The translations under genes and the position numbers were made by a program. Below are positions 17,679-27,693 of a DNA stretch of 45,592 nucleotides, one piece after another. This DNA comes from a virus, in the IMG/VR virus record IMGVR_UViG_3300045988_166338. The stretch is one strand, 5' to 3'. Under the pieces are notes generated by a model. The model saw nothing but the letters and a program-made list of their open reading frames with translations, searched no databases and was not told the DNA's origin. The stretch's first letter is position 1, and each line of letters starts with the position of its first letter.

Positions 17679-19025
17679 ATGGCATACAGCAACAAATTAT
17701 TCCGGGACGTTGATGCGTTCTGCGCTCATTTTGAATGTCCCAAGAGTTTCACGTATTGGTCAATCATTCAGGCAACATCCATTTTAGCAGCAGGTCAATC
17801 TAAACTTATCATTGGAAGTGATGCGATACCTTTAAACCTTTTCACAATTTTGTGTGGCAGCCCGTCCGTCAAGGCCAAGCAAGCTATCAAGTTGTGCCGC
17901 GATATGCTGGACGATAGCCAGTACGAACATTTCCTGCCGGACAACCTGGGACTGCGTAAAACGTCAGGTTTGCTGGTAGCCATGTTGCGTAAGCAGTCAA
18001 GCGATGCTATCGAGGAGGACGATATTAGCAGCCTGGAGTTGGCTACGTCCGCACCGAAGCAAAACAAAAACGCACGGGACTGTGCCGCGTTCTTCGGCGA
18101 GAATACCGGGCCGGTAGCGTCGAACTATTCGACACCGCAGTACACCAACACCACCCATGCCAAAGCCTATGTCAGCGATGACTTTGCATCGTTCTGCTCA
18201 GGCGCACAGACAGACTTCTACGGCCTGCTCATGGCCATGTGGGAGTGCAAGAACTACAGCCTGTCCAGTCCCAAGGGCATGTTGAAGCTGACAGACCCGT
18301 ACATGAACATCTTCGCGTCCATGACGCAGCTAGGCCTGATGGATACGTTTCCGGACTCGTACGTTGGCATGAACGCGTTGTCATCGTTCATCGTAGTGTT
18401 CGAGGAAAAGCCGCGTCAACGTTGCCCGTACAGAGGCCAGCTTGACCAGCGTAGTTTCATCGACATCACGCAGGCCTTGGCATTTGTCCGGGACAACCCG
18501 TTGACCTTGTCGATGTCCGCGGACGCGATGAAGGCCGGGTCGGAGTATTATGAACAGCCGGCCCTGGAAGAAGATACAAGACTGCTAACCTATGCGGGCC
18601 TGCGTCATAATCAACTTCACCGTGTAGCAGCCTGTCTGGCACTGTACGAGAACCGCAACGTAATTTCCGGTAGCGATATTCATGATGCTAATGCGTTGCT
18701 ATCCGAGGCAGAGTCGCGTCTGGGTGATGCGTTAGGTGAGTTCGGCAACAGCAAGATTTCAGCGGGCCGGCAGAAATGTATGGACTTATTGAAGCGTGAG
18801 GAAATCATGAAGAAGAGTCTGTACCGCGCTCGCTGTGCAAGCTTCTTGTATAGCAAGGACTTTGAAATCTTCCTGACAGATATGATGGTGCAAAAGAAAA
18901 TCATCGAAGAATGGAACGCGGCCGCGAACGACTACAATGTAATCTACAACCCGAACTGGAGGAAGAAAAATGGGGCAATTAGCATGGCTGACCTTAGTGA
19001 TTGTACTAATGGTGGCACTAATTAA
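17679..19025 (+). CDS. Hypothetical 448-aa protein
   Basis: Large ORF with GGAGG RBS. No recognisable catalytic motif. Confidence 0.6.
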   Translation: MAYSNKLFRDVDAFCAHFECPKSFTYWSIIQATSILAAGQSKLIIGSDAIPLNLFTILCGSPSVKAKQAIKLCRDMLDDSQYEHFLPDNLGLRKTSGLLVAMLRKQSSDAIEEDDISSLELATSAPKQNKNARDCAAFFGENTGPVASNYSTPQYTNTTHAKAYVSDDFASFCSGAQTDFYGLLMAMWECKNYSLSSPKGMLKLTDPYMNIFASMTQLGLMDTFPDSYVGMNALSSFIVVFEEKPRQRCPYRGQLDQRSFIDITQALAFVRDNPLTLSMSADAMKAGSEYYEQPALEEDTRLLTYAGLRHNQLHRVAACLALYENRNVISGSDIHDANALLSEAESRLGDALGEFGNSKISAGRQKCMDLLKREEIMKKSLYRARCASFLYSKDFEIFLTDMMVQKKIIEEWNAAANDYNVIYNPNWRKKNGAISMADLSDCTNGGTN

Positions 19026-19197
19026 AACAGCCGCAGGTGCGGCAAAGAGGGAGGAACGCTATGAGCGGAAAATACATTATCTTACTAATCAGATTGATGC
19101 TCTCGAACAGGCTCGTGCAATTCGTAATAGCTACAATAACGGCGGTGCTGATGCTGAACGGATGCGCGATACGTTCGACAGAGCGTCCAAGTCTTGA
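18970..19197 (+). CDS. i-spanin-like protein (N-terminal TM plus coiled coil)
   Basis: 'LAWLTLVIVLMVALI' TM helix followed by charged coiled-coil residues. GGAGG RBS. Contains an embedded +1-frame lipoprotein ORF. Confidence 0.5.
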   Translation: MGQLAWLTLVIVLMVALIKTAAGAAKREERYERKIHYLTNQIDALEQARAIRNSYNNGGADAERMRDTFDRASKS

Positions 19198-19318
19198 CTT
19201 TTGCCAGGTGTACGAGCCCGTCCTGTTCGATAGTGCAAACGATACACCTGAAACAATCAATGCTATCATGCAGAACAATATCCTTTGGGCAAAGTTCTGC
19301 AACGCAACTAAGGAGTAA
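19061..19318 (+). CDS. o-spanin-like outer-membrane lipoprotein, overlapping the i-spanin in the +1 frame
   Basis: GGGAGG RBS 7 nt upstream. Signal peptide ends in lipobox-like 'LMLNGC'. Begins inside the i-spanin ORF and ends beyond it (overlapped spanin architecture). Confidence 0.45.
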   Translation: MSGKYIILLIRLMLSNRLVQFVIATITAVLMLNGCAIRSTERPSLDFCQVYEPVLFDSANDTPETINAIMQNNILWAKFCNATKE

Positions 19319-19323
19319 ACACT

Positions 19324-19674
19324 ATGCGAAAATACTTCCACGAGTGGCAAAAGCCGTTCGATATTGTGGGTTTCCATTTCAGTAGCATCCTGCAGGCCGA
19401 AGCCGTTTTGCTGTTTCTAAACTACCGCGGCAACGTAAAGCTCATTGCCAGCAAGATGGGCAATACCAACCGCATCCCAATTGATGCCAAACTGCGTCGT
19501 TTCCGCAAAGACAACAACATGGATAACAACATACACATGGTAATGCGCTTGGTTGGCCGCATGGGTTTTTGGAACGAGCTGGAAGGCTACCTGATGCTGC
19601 ATCGCGACTTGCTCGCAGAGGCTAAACAGCGGGCCGAACAGGGCCGGCAAGCTTTGATAAAACGGAGGAAATAA
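19324..19674 (+). CDS. Hypothetical basic protein
   Basis: 116-aa ORF, AAGGAG RBS. Confidence 0.5.
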   Translation: MRKYFHEWQKPFDIVGFHFSSILQAEAVLLFLNYRGNVKLIASKMGNTNRIPIDAKLRRFRKDNNMDNNIHMVMRLVGRMGFWNELEGYLMLHRDLLAEAKQRAEQGRQALIKRRK

Positions 19675-19675
19675 C

Positions 19676-20359
19676 ATGAACGAAGAATACGGATTGAGGC
19701 CGGTAATTGCACTGTGCGGCCGGAACGGCGCCGGCAAGTCTACACTGGCCAAAGCTTTAGCTGACAGCTGGGCTACGCGGGACGACCTGTTCATCGGGCC
19801 GCACCTCACCAAAGTTATGAGTTTCGCGGAACCGCTCAAAGACTCGTTGATAGCGATGCTGAACGTACCGCGCAAACTGTTCTACCCTGAAACGAAGCAG
19901 GATAGGATTGACCGTGAGACCATCTATCGGCCACTGGTAAATGCATTTAACGATAGCAAGATGTCGGCCCGTAAGCTTATGCTGGACTACGGCGCTGCGA
20001 TGCGTGAAGCGTTTGGCAGGGATATTTGGGCAAACATTATGAACTATCGTATGCAGGATTTCTTTACCAGGCACTCGGTAGAAAGCCCAGTGCTAATCAT
20101 TGACGACGTTCGGTTCGAGAATGAGTTTGTCTTGCTGCACAGCTGGAACGCGTTGTTCGTGGCTGTCCATGTCGAAGGTGATGATGTAAGCAAGGTGGAC
20201 ATCAGAAGCCCAGAATGGCAGTGGACTGACAACCTTGTGCAGACAAAGAGTATGGAGATTACTACCAACCACACGGAAGAAGCCTTGAGGCGTAACGTTC
20301 ACGAAATTACTCAGGTTGCAAACAGGAAGTTTCGTATGTTTCTTCCCGATTACGACTAA
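19676..20359 (+). CDS. P-loop dNMP-kinase-like protein
   Basis: N-terminal Walker A 'LCGRNGAGKSTLA'. Size and the 'IIDDVRFENE' region fit the phage deoxynucleoside monophosphate kinase family. Confidence 0.45.
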   Translation: MNEEYGLRPVIALCGRNGAGKSTLAKALADSWATRDDLFIGPHLTKVMSFAEPLKDSLIAMLNVPRKLFYPETKQDRIDRETIYRPLVNAFNDSKMSARKLMLDYGAAMREAFGRDIWANIMNYRMQDFFTRHSVESPVLIIDDVRFENEFVLLHSWNALFVAVHVEGDDVSKVDIRSPEWQWTDNLVQTKSMEITTNHTEEALRRNVHEITQVANRKFRMFLPDYD

Positions 20360-20360
20360 C

Positions 20361-20398
20361 AAAATAGGCGGTAGGGCTTCGCTCTACCGCCTATTTTT
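20361..20398. terminator. Bidirectional rho-independent terminator between the convergent early (+) and late (-) modules
   Basis: Perfect 14-bp stem AAAATAGGCGGTAG / CTACCGCCTATTTT with a 9-nt loop. A runs lie on one side and T runs on the other. Confidence 0.8.
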
Positions 20399-20429
20399 GT
20401 GCCTTTTTCCGGCTGGCCATGCTAGCATA

Positions 20430-23400
20430 CTAGTCAAGAAATCTTTGCAGTGCGTACATACCAAGGGGAGAAAGGGACTCAGGATGCTCGGCTGCTTCAC
20501 GCAACATACGCATCTTGGTATCGTCCGGGGCTTCCTCGATAGCACGCATCAGCGCACTTGTCATAGCCTCAGGGTCGCCGCCGTACAATCTGACTGCCTC
20601 GGTAATCAGGCCGTCCAGGGACGTACCTTGGCGTGTAGCCGTTTTGACGAGTTTCATCAGACGCTTGCGGGACTCCTGCATCTCAGCTTCGCGTGTACGT
20701 TCAGTTCTGTCGATGTCCTGCAGGGCCAGGTCTTCATAGCTCATAATGCCAGATACCAGTTTCAGCCGTCCGACCGTTTCGTCCCAGAGGCTTTCAGCGT
20801 CACGGGCATCGAAGATGATATTGCCGGCCGCCGATACAGAGTAGCCTTGCGCGCCCTGCAGCACCCTACGCACGAACGTGAGCGGTATCTCGGTCGAGGC
20901 CAGTTCCCACGTACTCTGCATACCACCGCCAGTCATCAGTTCAGCCATGGCCTTGCTGGTGAAGTTATACGTGCCTTTGACAAAGTTAACGTTAGCAGGA
21001 CTGCGTAACGAAGATAGCAGACCGCGCTCGTTCTGATGCATAGCTCGTCCGATGCCCAAGTTCATGAGGCCGGCGATGCCACCGTCCAGCAATACGTCCT
21101 GACGCCATTCATCGTCGAAGTCATACTTGCTGACCCACAGGCCAACGAACGGAGCGGACTTAGCACCGAACAGCATGGAGTTAGTAAGGTTAGCAGCTAT
21201 GAACTTTCGGTTATCGTGATTAGCGATGAAGTCCAGATTGCGGAACATCAAGTTCAAGTTGAACGTCTGGAACAGACCAAGCGGTGCAGTAACAGGATAG
21301 TTCGACAGGCCAATACGTTTGAACGGTGAATAGCTACCCATGGACTCCTCTGCGAACTTGACTGCCCATTCGATGCGCTGCTTACCGTCAAGTTTCAGGA
21401 CGCTGCCTGCATACTCATCACCAGCGAACAAGGCCAAGATACGCGACCATTCTTCTGTCTTCATCGTCGGCCAGGACAGGATGTTCTCAGTTGTCTTCCA
21501 CGCTTTGCCAAGCAGAGTGGTAGGCTGCTTCGGATTGTAGAACTCCTCCAACGCCTTGATGTCGCTGCCGACCACGCCGGCAATACGGGCACGTTCAACC
21601 AGAGCTTTATCAGCATCAGTCATGCCGAACATACGCCGGATGGAACGTGTAGCGAAGTGCATCGCGTCCATGTAGCCGGCCCCGCGTATACTTCCATCTG
21701 CCATCTTGAACCCTGTACGCGTCATATACTCGCTTGCGTTTTCACGTGTGAGTGGACGGTACCAGTTCGTAGCCAGAGGAATACCTTGCAGGGTAGACAA
21801 CAAGTTAACCAACGCGCCGCGGACGTTGCCCCAGGTGTAATACGACTTGCTGACCAGGCCGGTCAGTTCTGCCATGCGGGCACGCAAAGGTTCACGCAGT
21901 TCGTTGCCAACCATCTGGTATAGGTTCTCAGGGTCTAGGTCAGGTTTGGCCTTGCTCCATCCGCGCGACCAGTTCAGGAAACCGTCCAATGCCTCGTCAA
22001 GTTTCCGCACGAACGGAATATCTGGCAGGTTGCCAACCAGCACTTGCTCCATTTCCTTCATCGTTTTCTCTGACACGACGGAGGAAGCCTGACGCATGAG
22101 CGGGTCGTATGCAGCCTGGGCTACACGGATAGAGGCAGCGTCCACGGCCTTGACCTGGGCCTGCATCGTAGCACGCAAACGTTCAAACGGATTGTTATAC
22201 ATGCTACCGCCCTGATGGCCAAGGGATTTGCCGGACGTCTCCGCACCGATGTATCGAGGCTCCATGCCGGATTTCATCATACGCTGTTCGAACTGCTTGT
22301 TGCCTTTAGCAATTTCCCAGCTCCACTTATTGGCACTGCCTTGCTGTGCCTGCTGAGCCAGGAACTTCTGCGCGCTGACCTCATCCATGAACGTTACGTA
22401 GTCCTTGCCGCCGGCCATGCCATTGCGTTCAAGTACACGGTAGAACTGTTCAGGGTTCTTTTCCATCATTGCGATGTAGTGTGCTTTCATGCTGGCCTGA
22501 CCTGTAACAGGGTCAAGTGTACTGGCGTAGCCCTTGGCACGGTCGATAGCTTTCTGGATGGCATCGAACTTGCCCTGTATCTCTTTGCCAAGTTCCGTTG
22601 AAATCTTGGCAGGAACAGGTGTACCGCTCTTTTGGTACAGGCTCGTAACGTCCGGCAGCAGCCAGTCACACTCGTCAGCGTCCAAGCCAAACCGTTCAAA
22701 GTTACGAGCATTAGCAGTGGTATCCTTGACTTTGATAGTCAAGCTGCCATCATCTAACTTGTGATAGCCGGGTTCAACGTCAAAGCCGCGCGTCAGAGCA
22801 TCCTGCATCTTGCCAACTTCAAGAACAGCCGCCTGTACAGCCTCGTCCTTGTCGTTAAAGATGAGCTTGGAAATTTCCTCCTGTTGAGCCAACACGCTAC
22901 GCTTGTTTTCCAGACGCATACGGTTTACTTTCTCACCAATGTTTTCCACAGCCTTGCGCATCGGGTCGTCCATGGCTTTCTGGTCGTAGGTTGATATCAA
23001 ACCGGACGCTCCGTATTCTTTGGTATCAGCCTTGCCGAACGCATCAATGAAGTCATTAGTCAGCTCACCAGCCTTGCCCGTCAGTTCAGGCAGGTAGTCT
23101 TTGCCGCTCGTGATGAAGTTATCCGTTGAATGATACTCCAGATACGCGATACGTTCCTGTGCAGCTTTCATAAGGTAGCCATTGCTGAGCGGGTCAGTGT
23201 GGCGTTTAAAGGTAAGCAAAATGGTGTTCTTATTGTTACGAGCCTCAGCATTGTTGATGCCTTCAAATATAGACCCGGTATCCTTATCAATCCAAAAGGC
23301 CGACTCATCTTTGGCAACCAATTTATCAAAGCTTTCAGATGAACGTTTGAACATTTTAGTGTTGATGTTCTTAGTAGCATCCATTCGGACAGAGTAATCA

Positions 23401-24638
23401 TGTAGCTTTGAGTGCATAGCATCGGCCAATTTCTCGCCGGCTTTGTGCGTATGGGGTACGATGGTGTGGAACGCACTCTTGTTGCCTTCACCGAAGCAGA
23501 TGTCGTGCAGACGTCTGAACAGTACTTCATGCACCGTATCGTTCTTGTTGGTGAAGAAGTCCGTGGCCACGCCAAGTACCTTAGCCATAGTCAAGCGATA
23601 CTGCTGTTCAGCCTGTCCTACGAACGCGTCAGCAATGCCACCTTTAGCACCACCGCCGGCCGCGCCTGCGTCGCCGAGTGCAATCTCGTGTTGCAGGTTT
23701 CGGGTTTCCATGTACACGGTAGCGTCCCTGACAAACGTCCCGTCCTTGCCGAAGTGATTGTAGATGCCCTGGTCTTGCAGGTCTTTGACAGCCTCGCGGA
23801 CCGCGGCAGTGTCCTTGGTCTGGGCTGCGACGCGCATCTTCTTGGCCGCTTTAGCCCAGCGGTAACCACCGACCATAGAGCCGAGGATAGCGTTGATGCC
23901 AAGGTTAGTAGCCACAGCCGGTTTATCAATATGCACGCCAGTTTCGTCTTCCTGCATGCCCCACCAGCCAATCGTAGCCATGTCAGCAGCGAAGCCTTTG
24001 GCAGTTTCACGCGTAGCTGTTGTCCAGAATGACGGAATATCAGCAAGCGTCCCCTTTAAGGTAGCCGCGTCCATGCTGCTATTTCCACCAAGCGTTTTAA
24101 TGAACGTACTAACCTTACCGGTCCCAAGAAACTTAGCACCTGCCAGCCTGGACCAAATGAGGCCCCCGGCCTCGCCCGTGCCAATAGTAGCAGCGGCGAT
24201 AGCGGGGAAGTCAGCTGCCAGGTTCGTGGCTGTGCTGTGTTCTGTTTGAATACCCTCAAACCAGTCACCGACGCTGTCACCGAACAGATCACGAACACCT
24301 TTAGTTACTGACTCTACCATGCTCTTAGCTACCACAGGCCGTCCTGCAGCCCAGGCCATCATCTTTGCACCTGTATCATAAGCCTTAGCTGCGGCTAACG
24401 ATGACCCCACTAGCAAACCCTGCGCAGTTCCGGCTACACCACTAACTATCTTGGACAGGACGTTATCGCCCTCATCGCTATCTTCTTTCTGCGTAACAAC
24501 TTCAGGTATATCGTACTGGCCTGGCAGGTACGTGACATTATCAGGCGTTAACGTAGTCTGGCTATACGGCATTGCTTCGCCTACACCGAGGGGCCCCGTA
24601 AGGGACCCCGCTGCATAATCTTCAATAAATTGTTCCAT
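20430..24638 (-). CDS. Large internal virion/ejection protein (1402 aa)
   Basis: Last gene of the late operon. Its size and position resemble the podovirus internal core proteins. Confidence 0.45.
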   Translation of the reverse strand: MEQFIEDYAAGSLTGPLGVGEAMPYSQTTLTPDNVTYLPGQYDIPEVVTQKEDSDEGDNVLSKIVSGVAGTAQGLLVGSSLAAAKAYDTGAKMMAWAAGRPVVAKSMVESVTKGVRDLFGDSVGDWFEGIQTEHSTATNLAADFPAIAAATIGTGEAGGLIWSRLAGAKFLGTGKVSTFIKTLGGNSSMDAATLKGTLADIPSFWTTATRETAKGFAADMATIGWWGMQEDETGVHIDKPAVATNLGINAILGSMVGGYRWAKAAKKMRVAAQTKDTAAVREAVKDLQDQGIYNHFGKDGTFVRDATVYMETRNLQHEIALGDAGAAGGGAKGGIADAFVGQAEQQYRLTMAKVLGVATDFFTNKNDTVHEVLFRRLHDICFGEGNKSAFHTIVPHTHKAGEKLADAMHSKLHDYSVRMDATKNINTKMFKRSSESFDKLVAKDESAFWIDKDTGSIFEGINNAEARNNKNTILLTFKRHTDPLSNGYLMKAAQERIAYLEYHSTDNFITSGKDYLPELTGKAGELTNDFIDAFGKADTKEYGASGLISTYDQKAMDDPMRKAVENIGEKVNRMRLENKRSVLAQQEEISKLIFNDKDEAVQAAVLEVGKMQDALTRGFDVEPGYHKLDDGSLTIKVKDTTANARNFERFGLDADECDWLLPDVTSLYQKSGTPVPAKISTELGKEIQGKFDAIQKAIDRAKGYASTLDPVTGQASMKAHYIAMMEKNPEQFYRVLERNGMAGGKDYVTFMDEVSAQKFLAQQAQQGSANKWSWEIAKGNKQFEQRMMKSGMEPRYIGAETSGKSLGHQGGSMYNNPFERLRATMQAQVKAVDAASIRVAQAAYDPLMRQASSVVSEKTMKEMEQVLVGNLPDIPFVRKLDEALDGFLNWSRGWSKAKPDLDPENLYQMVGNELREPLRARMAELTGLVSKSYYTWGNVRGALVNLLSTLQGIPLATNWYRPLTRENASEYMTRTGFKMADGSIRGAGYMDAMHFATRSIRRMFGMTDADKALVERARIAGVVGSDIKALEEFYNPKQPTTLLGKAWKTTENILSWPTMKTEEWSRILALFAGDEYAGSVLKLDGKQRIEWAVKFAEESMGSYSPFKRIGLSNYPVTAPLGLFQTFNLNLMFRNLDFIANHDNRKFIAANLTNSMLFGAKSAPFVGLWVSKYDFDDEWRQDVLLDGGIAGLMNLGIGRAMHQNERGLLSSLRSPANVNFVKGTYNFTSKAMAELMTGGGMQSTWELASTEIPLTFVRRVLQGAQGYSVSAAGNIIFDARDAESLWDETVGRLKLVSGIMSYEDLALQDIDRTERTREAEMQESRKRLMKLVKTATRQGTSLDGLITEAVRLYGGDPEAMTSALMRAIEEAPDDTKMRMLREAAEHPESLSPLGMYALQRFLD

Positions 24639-24653
24639 GCTATTTCTCCTTAA

Positions 24654-27095
24654 CTACGCTGACTTTGCAGTTACGCCTGCTGCAGCGTTAGTTCGTTGAG
24701 TCTGTTCTGTCTTTCTAATCATGTCATTGACTGCAGCACTGACCAAGCTGTCAATGTCAAAGCTATTACCACACAACGTCCGGATGAACGCGATGTTTTC
24801 CTTGCTCTTGTACAAGGCCTTTTTAGCTTCAGTAAGGATTGTGCTATAGTTAGCACGAACAGGAGCCACAGCATTGGCAGCCAAGGAAGCCACAACATCA
24901 TTAATCGTGCTAATTATGTGGGCGACACCAAAGTCTTTGGCATTACCGGTCAGCATATGGTCCTCAATTTTAAGTCCCTTGTTTGTAGCAATCTTCGTAT
25001 AGCCTGATTGAGCCATGGCATTTTCCATCTCAGGTGACAAACGTACCGAAAGCGGCCGATTAGCAAACTGTGTCTGCAGGTAAAAGGCCTGTGCACTTTG
25101 CAACCGTTCCTTAGTCAGTTCAGACGGTACAAGACCTTGTAACTGCTGGCTAGACCGCATTATCGTAACCAAGTCTTTCATAGTATCAGCAGATATCTTT
25201 GACTGTATGCGGTTAAGCACTTTCTCAGACATCTTCTTTTTACCACTTCGCACTGCACTGAATAGCTCCTGCAGGTCTTTCATCATCGCAGGGTCGTCCA
25301 GTGGAATGCCAGCGTTTACTTGGTTCAGCATGAGGCCCAGGCTAGATTTAACTGCTACCATTACTGGAGCGTCCGTACCAGAGAATGCTACGTTAGAAGC
25401 AATCATGACATCATGGGCATCTCTGATATCGACACCATTGATGCCACCCTCGAAGAACTTGCCCAGTACTCTGTCCCCGGCGTTTTTGCTGTTCTTCAGT
25501 TTCTCGTTAGCTTCCTGTGCAACCTCGACTTGGTCTGCACGAAGTGAACCGCTAACCGGGACCGGCAGGCCGTCCGGGCCAATCACCTGCGTAGTAGCTG
25601 CAGCCACGGATGCGTTAATATCTCTGGCCGCTTCGGTGTCCGATACTTGACTGAGCAGGTTATCGTTAGCTTCCGTGAGGTTCTTCATCAACGGGGTGCC
25701 ACGAGCAATAACAGCCATGTCCAGGTTGTTGTTGAACGCTTGCACCGTCCCGTAGGTATTGACAATATTCGCGATATCGCGAGAGTTAAACACCGTAGCC
25801 AAAGCTGCCATAGCTTCTTTCTGCTGTCCGGGCAGCTTAGCAGCGTTGCCCTGTGCAATAGATACGGCCATAGACCGCAGTTCAGGAACTGCCATCATAG
25901 CCATGGCACGGCGTGCACCTTCACGGCTGAAACCGTATTGCATCGACAGTTGGTTAGCATAGGCAAGCTGGCCATCCGACCAAAGCTCATCTTGTTCTGC
26001 AGCTGCGTTAATCATGCCAATAGCCTGGCCAACATCCAGCAAACCTTGCTGTTTGTTGCTCCAAATCCCACCGAGCACACCAGCCATAACGCGTGATTTA
26101 ACGCGGGCCGGAGCATTCTTCAAGTCTTTCGTAGCAGCTTCCATGCTCTTACGCATAGCTGCTTCCGAGTCCTGCAAACGTTTAGCCTTATCGCTGTCAG
26201 CGAATGCAGCCAATGCACCTTGTTCAGCACGATAGTTAATGTGTTCACCGCTTGCATGATAGATGCCGTCAGCATAGTCCTTGCCGGCACCAATTCTGTG
26301 CTGGTCGTTAAATGCCTGAGCCTGAGCAATCTTTGCATCGATAGCTTCGCGTGCTGCCTCATTGGTTTCATAGGCCATCTTGGTAGCATTGATTTTCACG
26401 CCCCATTCTGTAACCATGCCATTGTACAATGCGATAGCATTGGACACTTCGTAGGACGGATTGCGATGCACCTGGTTGTAAATCATGCCAATCAGCGCTG
26501 CATGGTTAGAGTAACGCTTGACGCTTTCTGCATCCCCGCCAGGTGTGAAAGCCTGCAAGAAGCCTTGTTTGATGTCCAGCTCGCCCTGCACAGCGTTCAT
26601 AGCCATCTGCCGGGCATCCTTCAACTGCTGCGGTTCCTTGACCTCTTCCACCTTGGTAGGCTTCATTGAGTATTCTTTGGACTTCAGGTCGAACATCTGA
26701 TTGGCAGGACGCATCGGAGCTTGCTGTGCTTGGTCAGCACGTACATCGTTGATGACGGTCGGAAGCGGAACATCGCCGCCTTGAGGCGTAACAGCCTGAG
26801 GCGCAGTAATCAGCAAGTCATCAGCGTCGCTGTCAGCATTGTGCATGATTTCCGGAGCCGGAGCTGCGTTACGGTTGACACTGGCTTGAGCATTTTGAAC
26901 ATAGGCATTAGCTTCGTCAGGGGTGTCATTGGCTGTCAATGCATTGATAGGGTTCTTTTCCTGCATAGGATTGAACGGCTGGCCGCCATAGCGGTCAAAA
27001 AGATTAATACGCTGTGCGGCCTGTTCCGTGTCACTCACGATAGTCTGGTCGATATCTTTAGGTCTGGGTTCTGTGAACTTGTCAAATAATCCCAT
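24654..27095 (-). CDS. Internal virion/ejection protein (813 aa)
   Basis: Large late-operon ORF with a low-complexity, Ala/Gln-rich sequence. Confidence 0.4.
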   Translation of the reverse strand: MGLFDKFTEPRPKDIDQTIVSDTEQAAQRINLFDRYGGQPFNPMQEKNPINALTANDTPDEANAYVQNAQASVNRNAAPAPEIMHNADSDADDLLITAPQAVTPQGGDVPLPTVINDVRADQAQQAPMRPANQMFDLKSKEYSMKPTKVEEVKEPQQLKDARQMAMNAVQGELDIKQGFLQAFTPGGDAESVKRYSNHAALIGMIYNQVHRNPSYEVSNAIALYNGMVTEWGVKINATKMAYETNEAAREAIDAKIAQAQAFNDQHRIGAGKDYADGIYHASGEHINYRAEQGALAAFADSDKAKRLQDSEAAMRKSMEAATKDLKNAPARVKSRVMAGVLGGIWSNKQQGLLDVGQAIGMINAAAEQDELWSDGQLAYANQLSMQYGFSREGARRAMAMMAVPELRSMAVSIAQGNAAKLPGQQKEAMAALATVFNSRDIANIVNTYGTVQAFNNNLDMAVIARGTPLMKNLTEANDNLLSQVSDTEAARDINASVAAATTQVIGPDGLPVPVSGSLRADQVEVAQEANEKLKNSKNAGDRVLGKFFEGGINGVDIRDAHDVMIASNVAFSGTDAPVMVAVKSSLGLMLNQVNAGIPLDDPAMMKDLQELFSAVRSGKKKMSEKVLNRIQSKISADTMKDLVTIMRSSQQLQGLVPSELTKERLQSAQAFYLQTQFANRPLSVRLSPEMENAMAQSGYTKIATNKGLKIEDHMLTGNAKDFGVAHIISTINDVVASLAANAVAPVRANYSTILTEAKKALYKSKENIAFIRTLCGNSFDIDSLVSAAVNDMIRKTEQTQRTNAAAGVTAKSA

Positions 27096-27106
27096 TGTAC
27101 ACCTCC

Positions 27107-27682
27107 TTAGTCGCCGTCAAACAGCGAACCGAATTGGCCGCCCATCTGCATACCAGCACCAGCGCCCTGCGGCCCGCCAAGCATAGCACCAATTCCACCA
27201 CCGGCCAAAGAACCAAGGGCAGAGCCCCAGTTTCTTTTCTTTTTCTGCATAACTTGTGTCTGCCCCAACAACTGCTCCAGCAGGTTCTCGTATGTCGAAG
27301 TCTGGTTGCCATACTGGTTGAGCAGGTTAGTCAGCTGCGACGTGTTGTAGTTCGCAATCTGGTTTTCAGCATTAGCATTGATGTTTGCAACTGACGATGC
27401 CGTAGCCTGTTGTGCAGCGTTCTGGGCTGCAGTGTTGAAGGCAGAACCGGCCTTGGTAGCAGCTTTGCCAAGTAATTGTTTCTGTGCCTGGTTTGTCTTT
27501 TCGATTGCATTTTCGCGGATAGCAGATGCATATGCTTCAGGCTGATAAGCTTCCAGAAGTTTCTGCAATGCGTCCTGTTCGCGATTGAAGTTAACCTGTG
27601 CATTGCCAGCATACAGGTCAGCAGCATTACGGAGGCCACCGGCCTGTGAGCCAAGCATGTCAATCGTTTGATATTTAGCCAT
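27107..27682 (-). CDS. Virion protein with Gly-rich C-terminus (191 aa)
   Basis: Late-operon ORF. C-terminal 'GGGIGAMLGGPQGAGAGMQMGGQFG'. Confidence 0.4.
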   Translation of the reverse strand: MAKYQTIDMLGSQAGGLRNAADLYAGNAQVNFNREQDALQKLLEAYQPEAYASAIRENAIEKTNQAQKQLLGKAATKAGSAFNTAAQNAAQQATASSVANINANAENQIANYNTSQLTNLLNQYGNQTSTYENLLEQLLGQTQVMQKKKRNWGSALGSLAGGGIGAMLGGPQGAGAGMQMGGQFGSLFDGD

Positions 27683-27693
27683 TGTAGTTCTCC

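Noticed and set aside
20400-20460. 'ttcttgactagtatgctagcat' on the minus strand, resembling collapsed promoter pieces
   Set aside because: The -35 and -10-like parts are adjacent with no spacer. It points into the bidirectional terminator. Probably a degenerate remnant.
20500-24600. Multiple 60-230-aa ORFs on the plus strand inside the 1402-aa virion protein gene
   Set aside because: All are antisense and nested within a continuous 4.2-kb minus-strand ORF with an RBS. No independent start signals.
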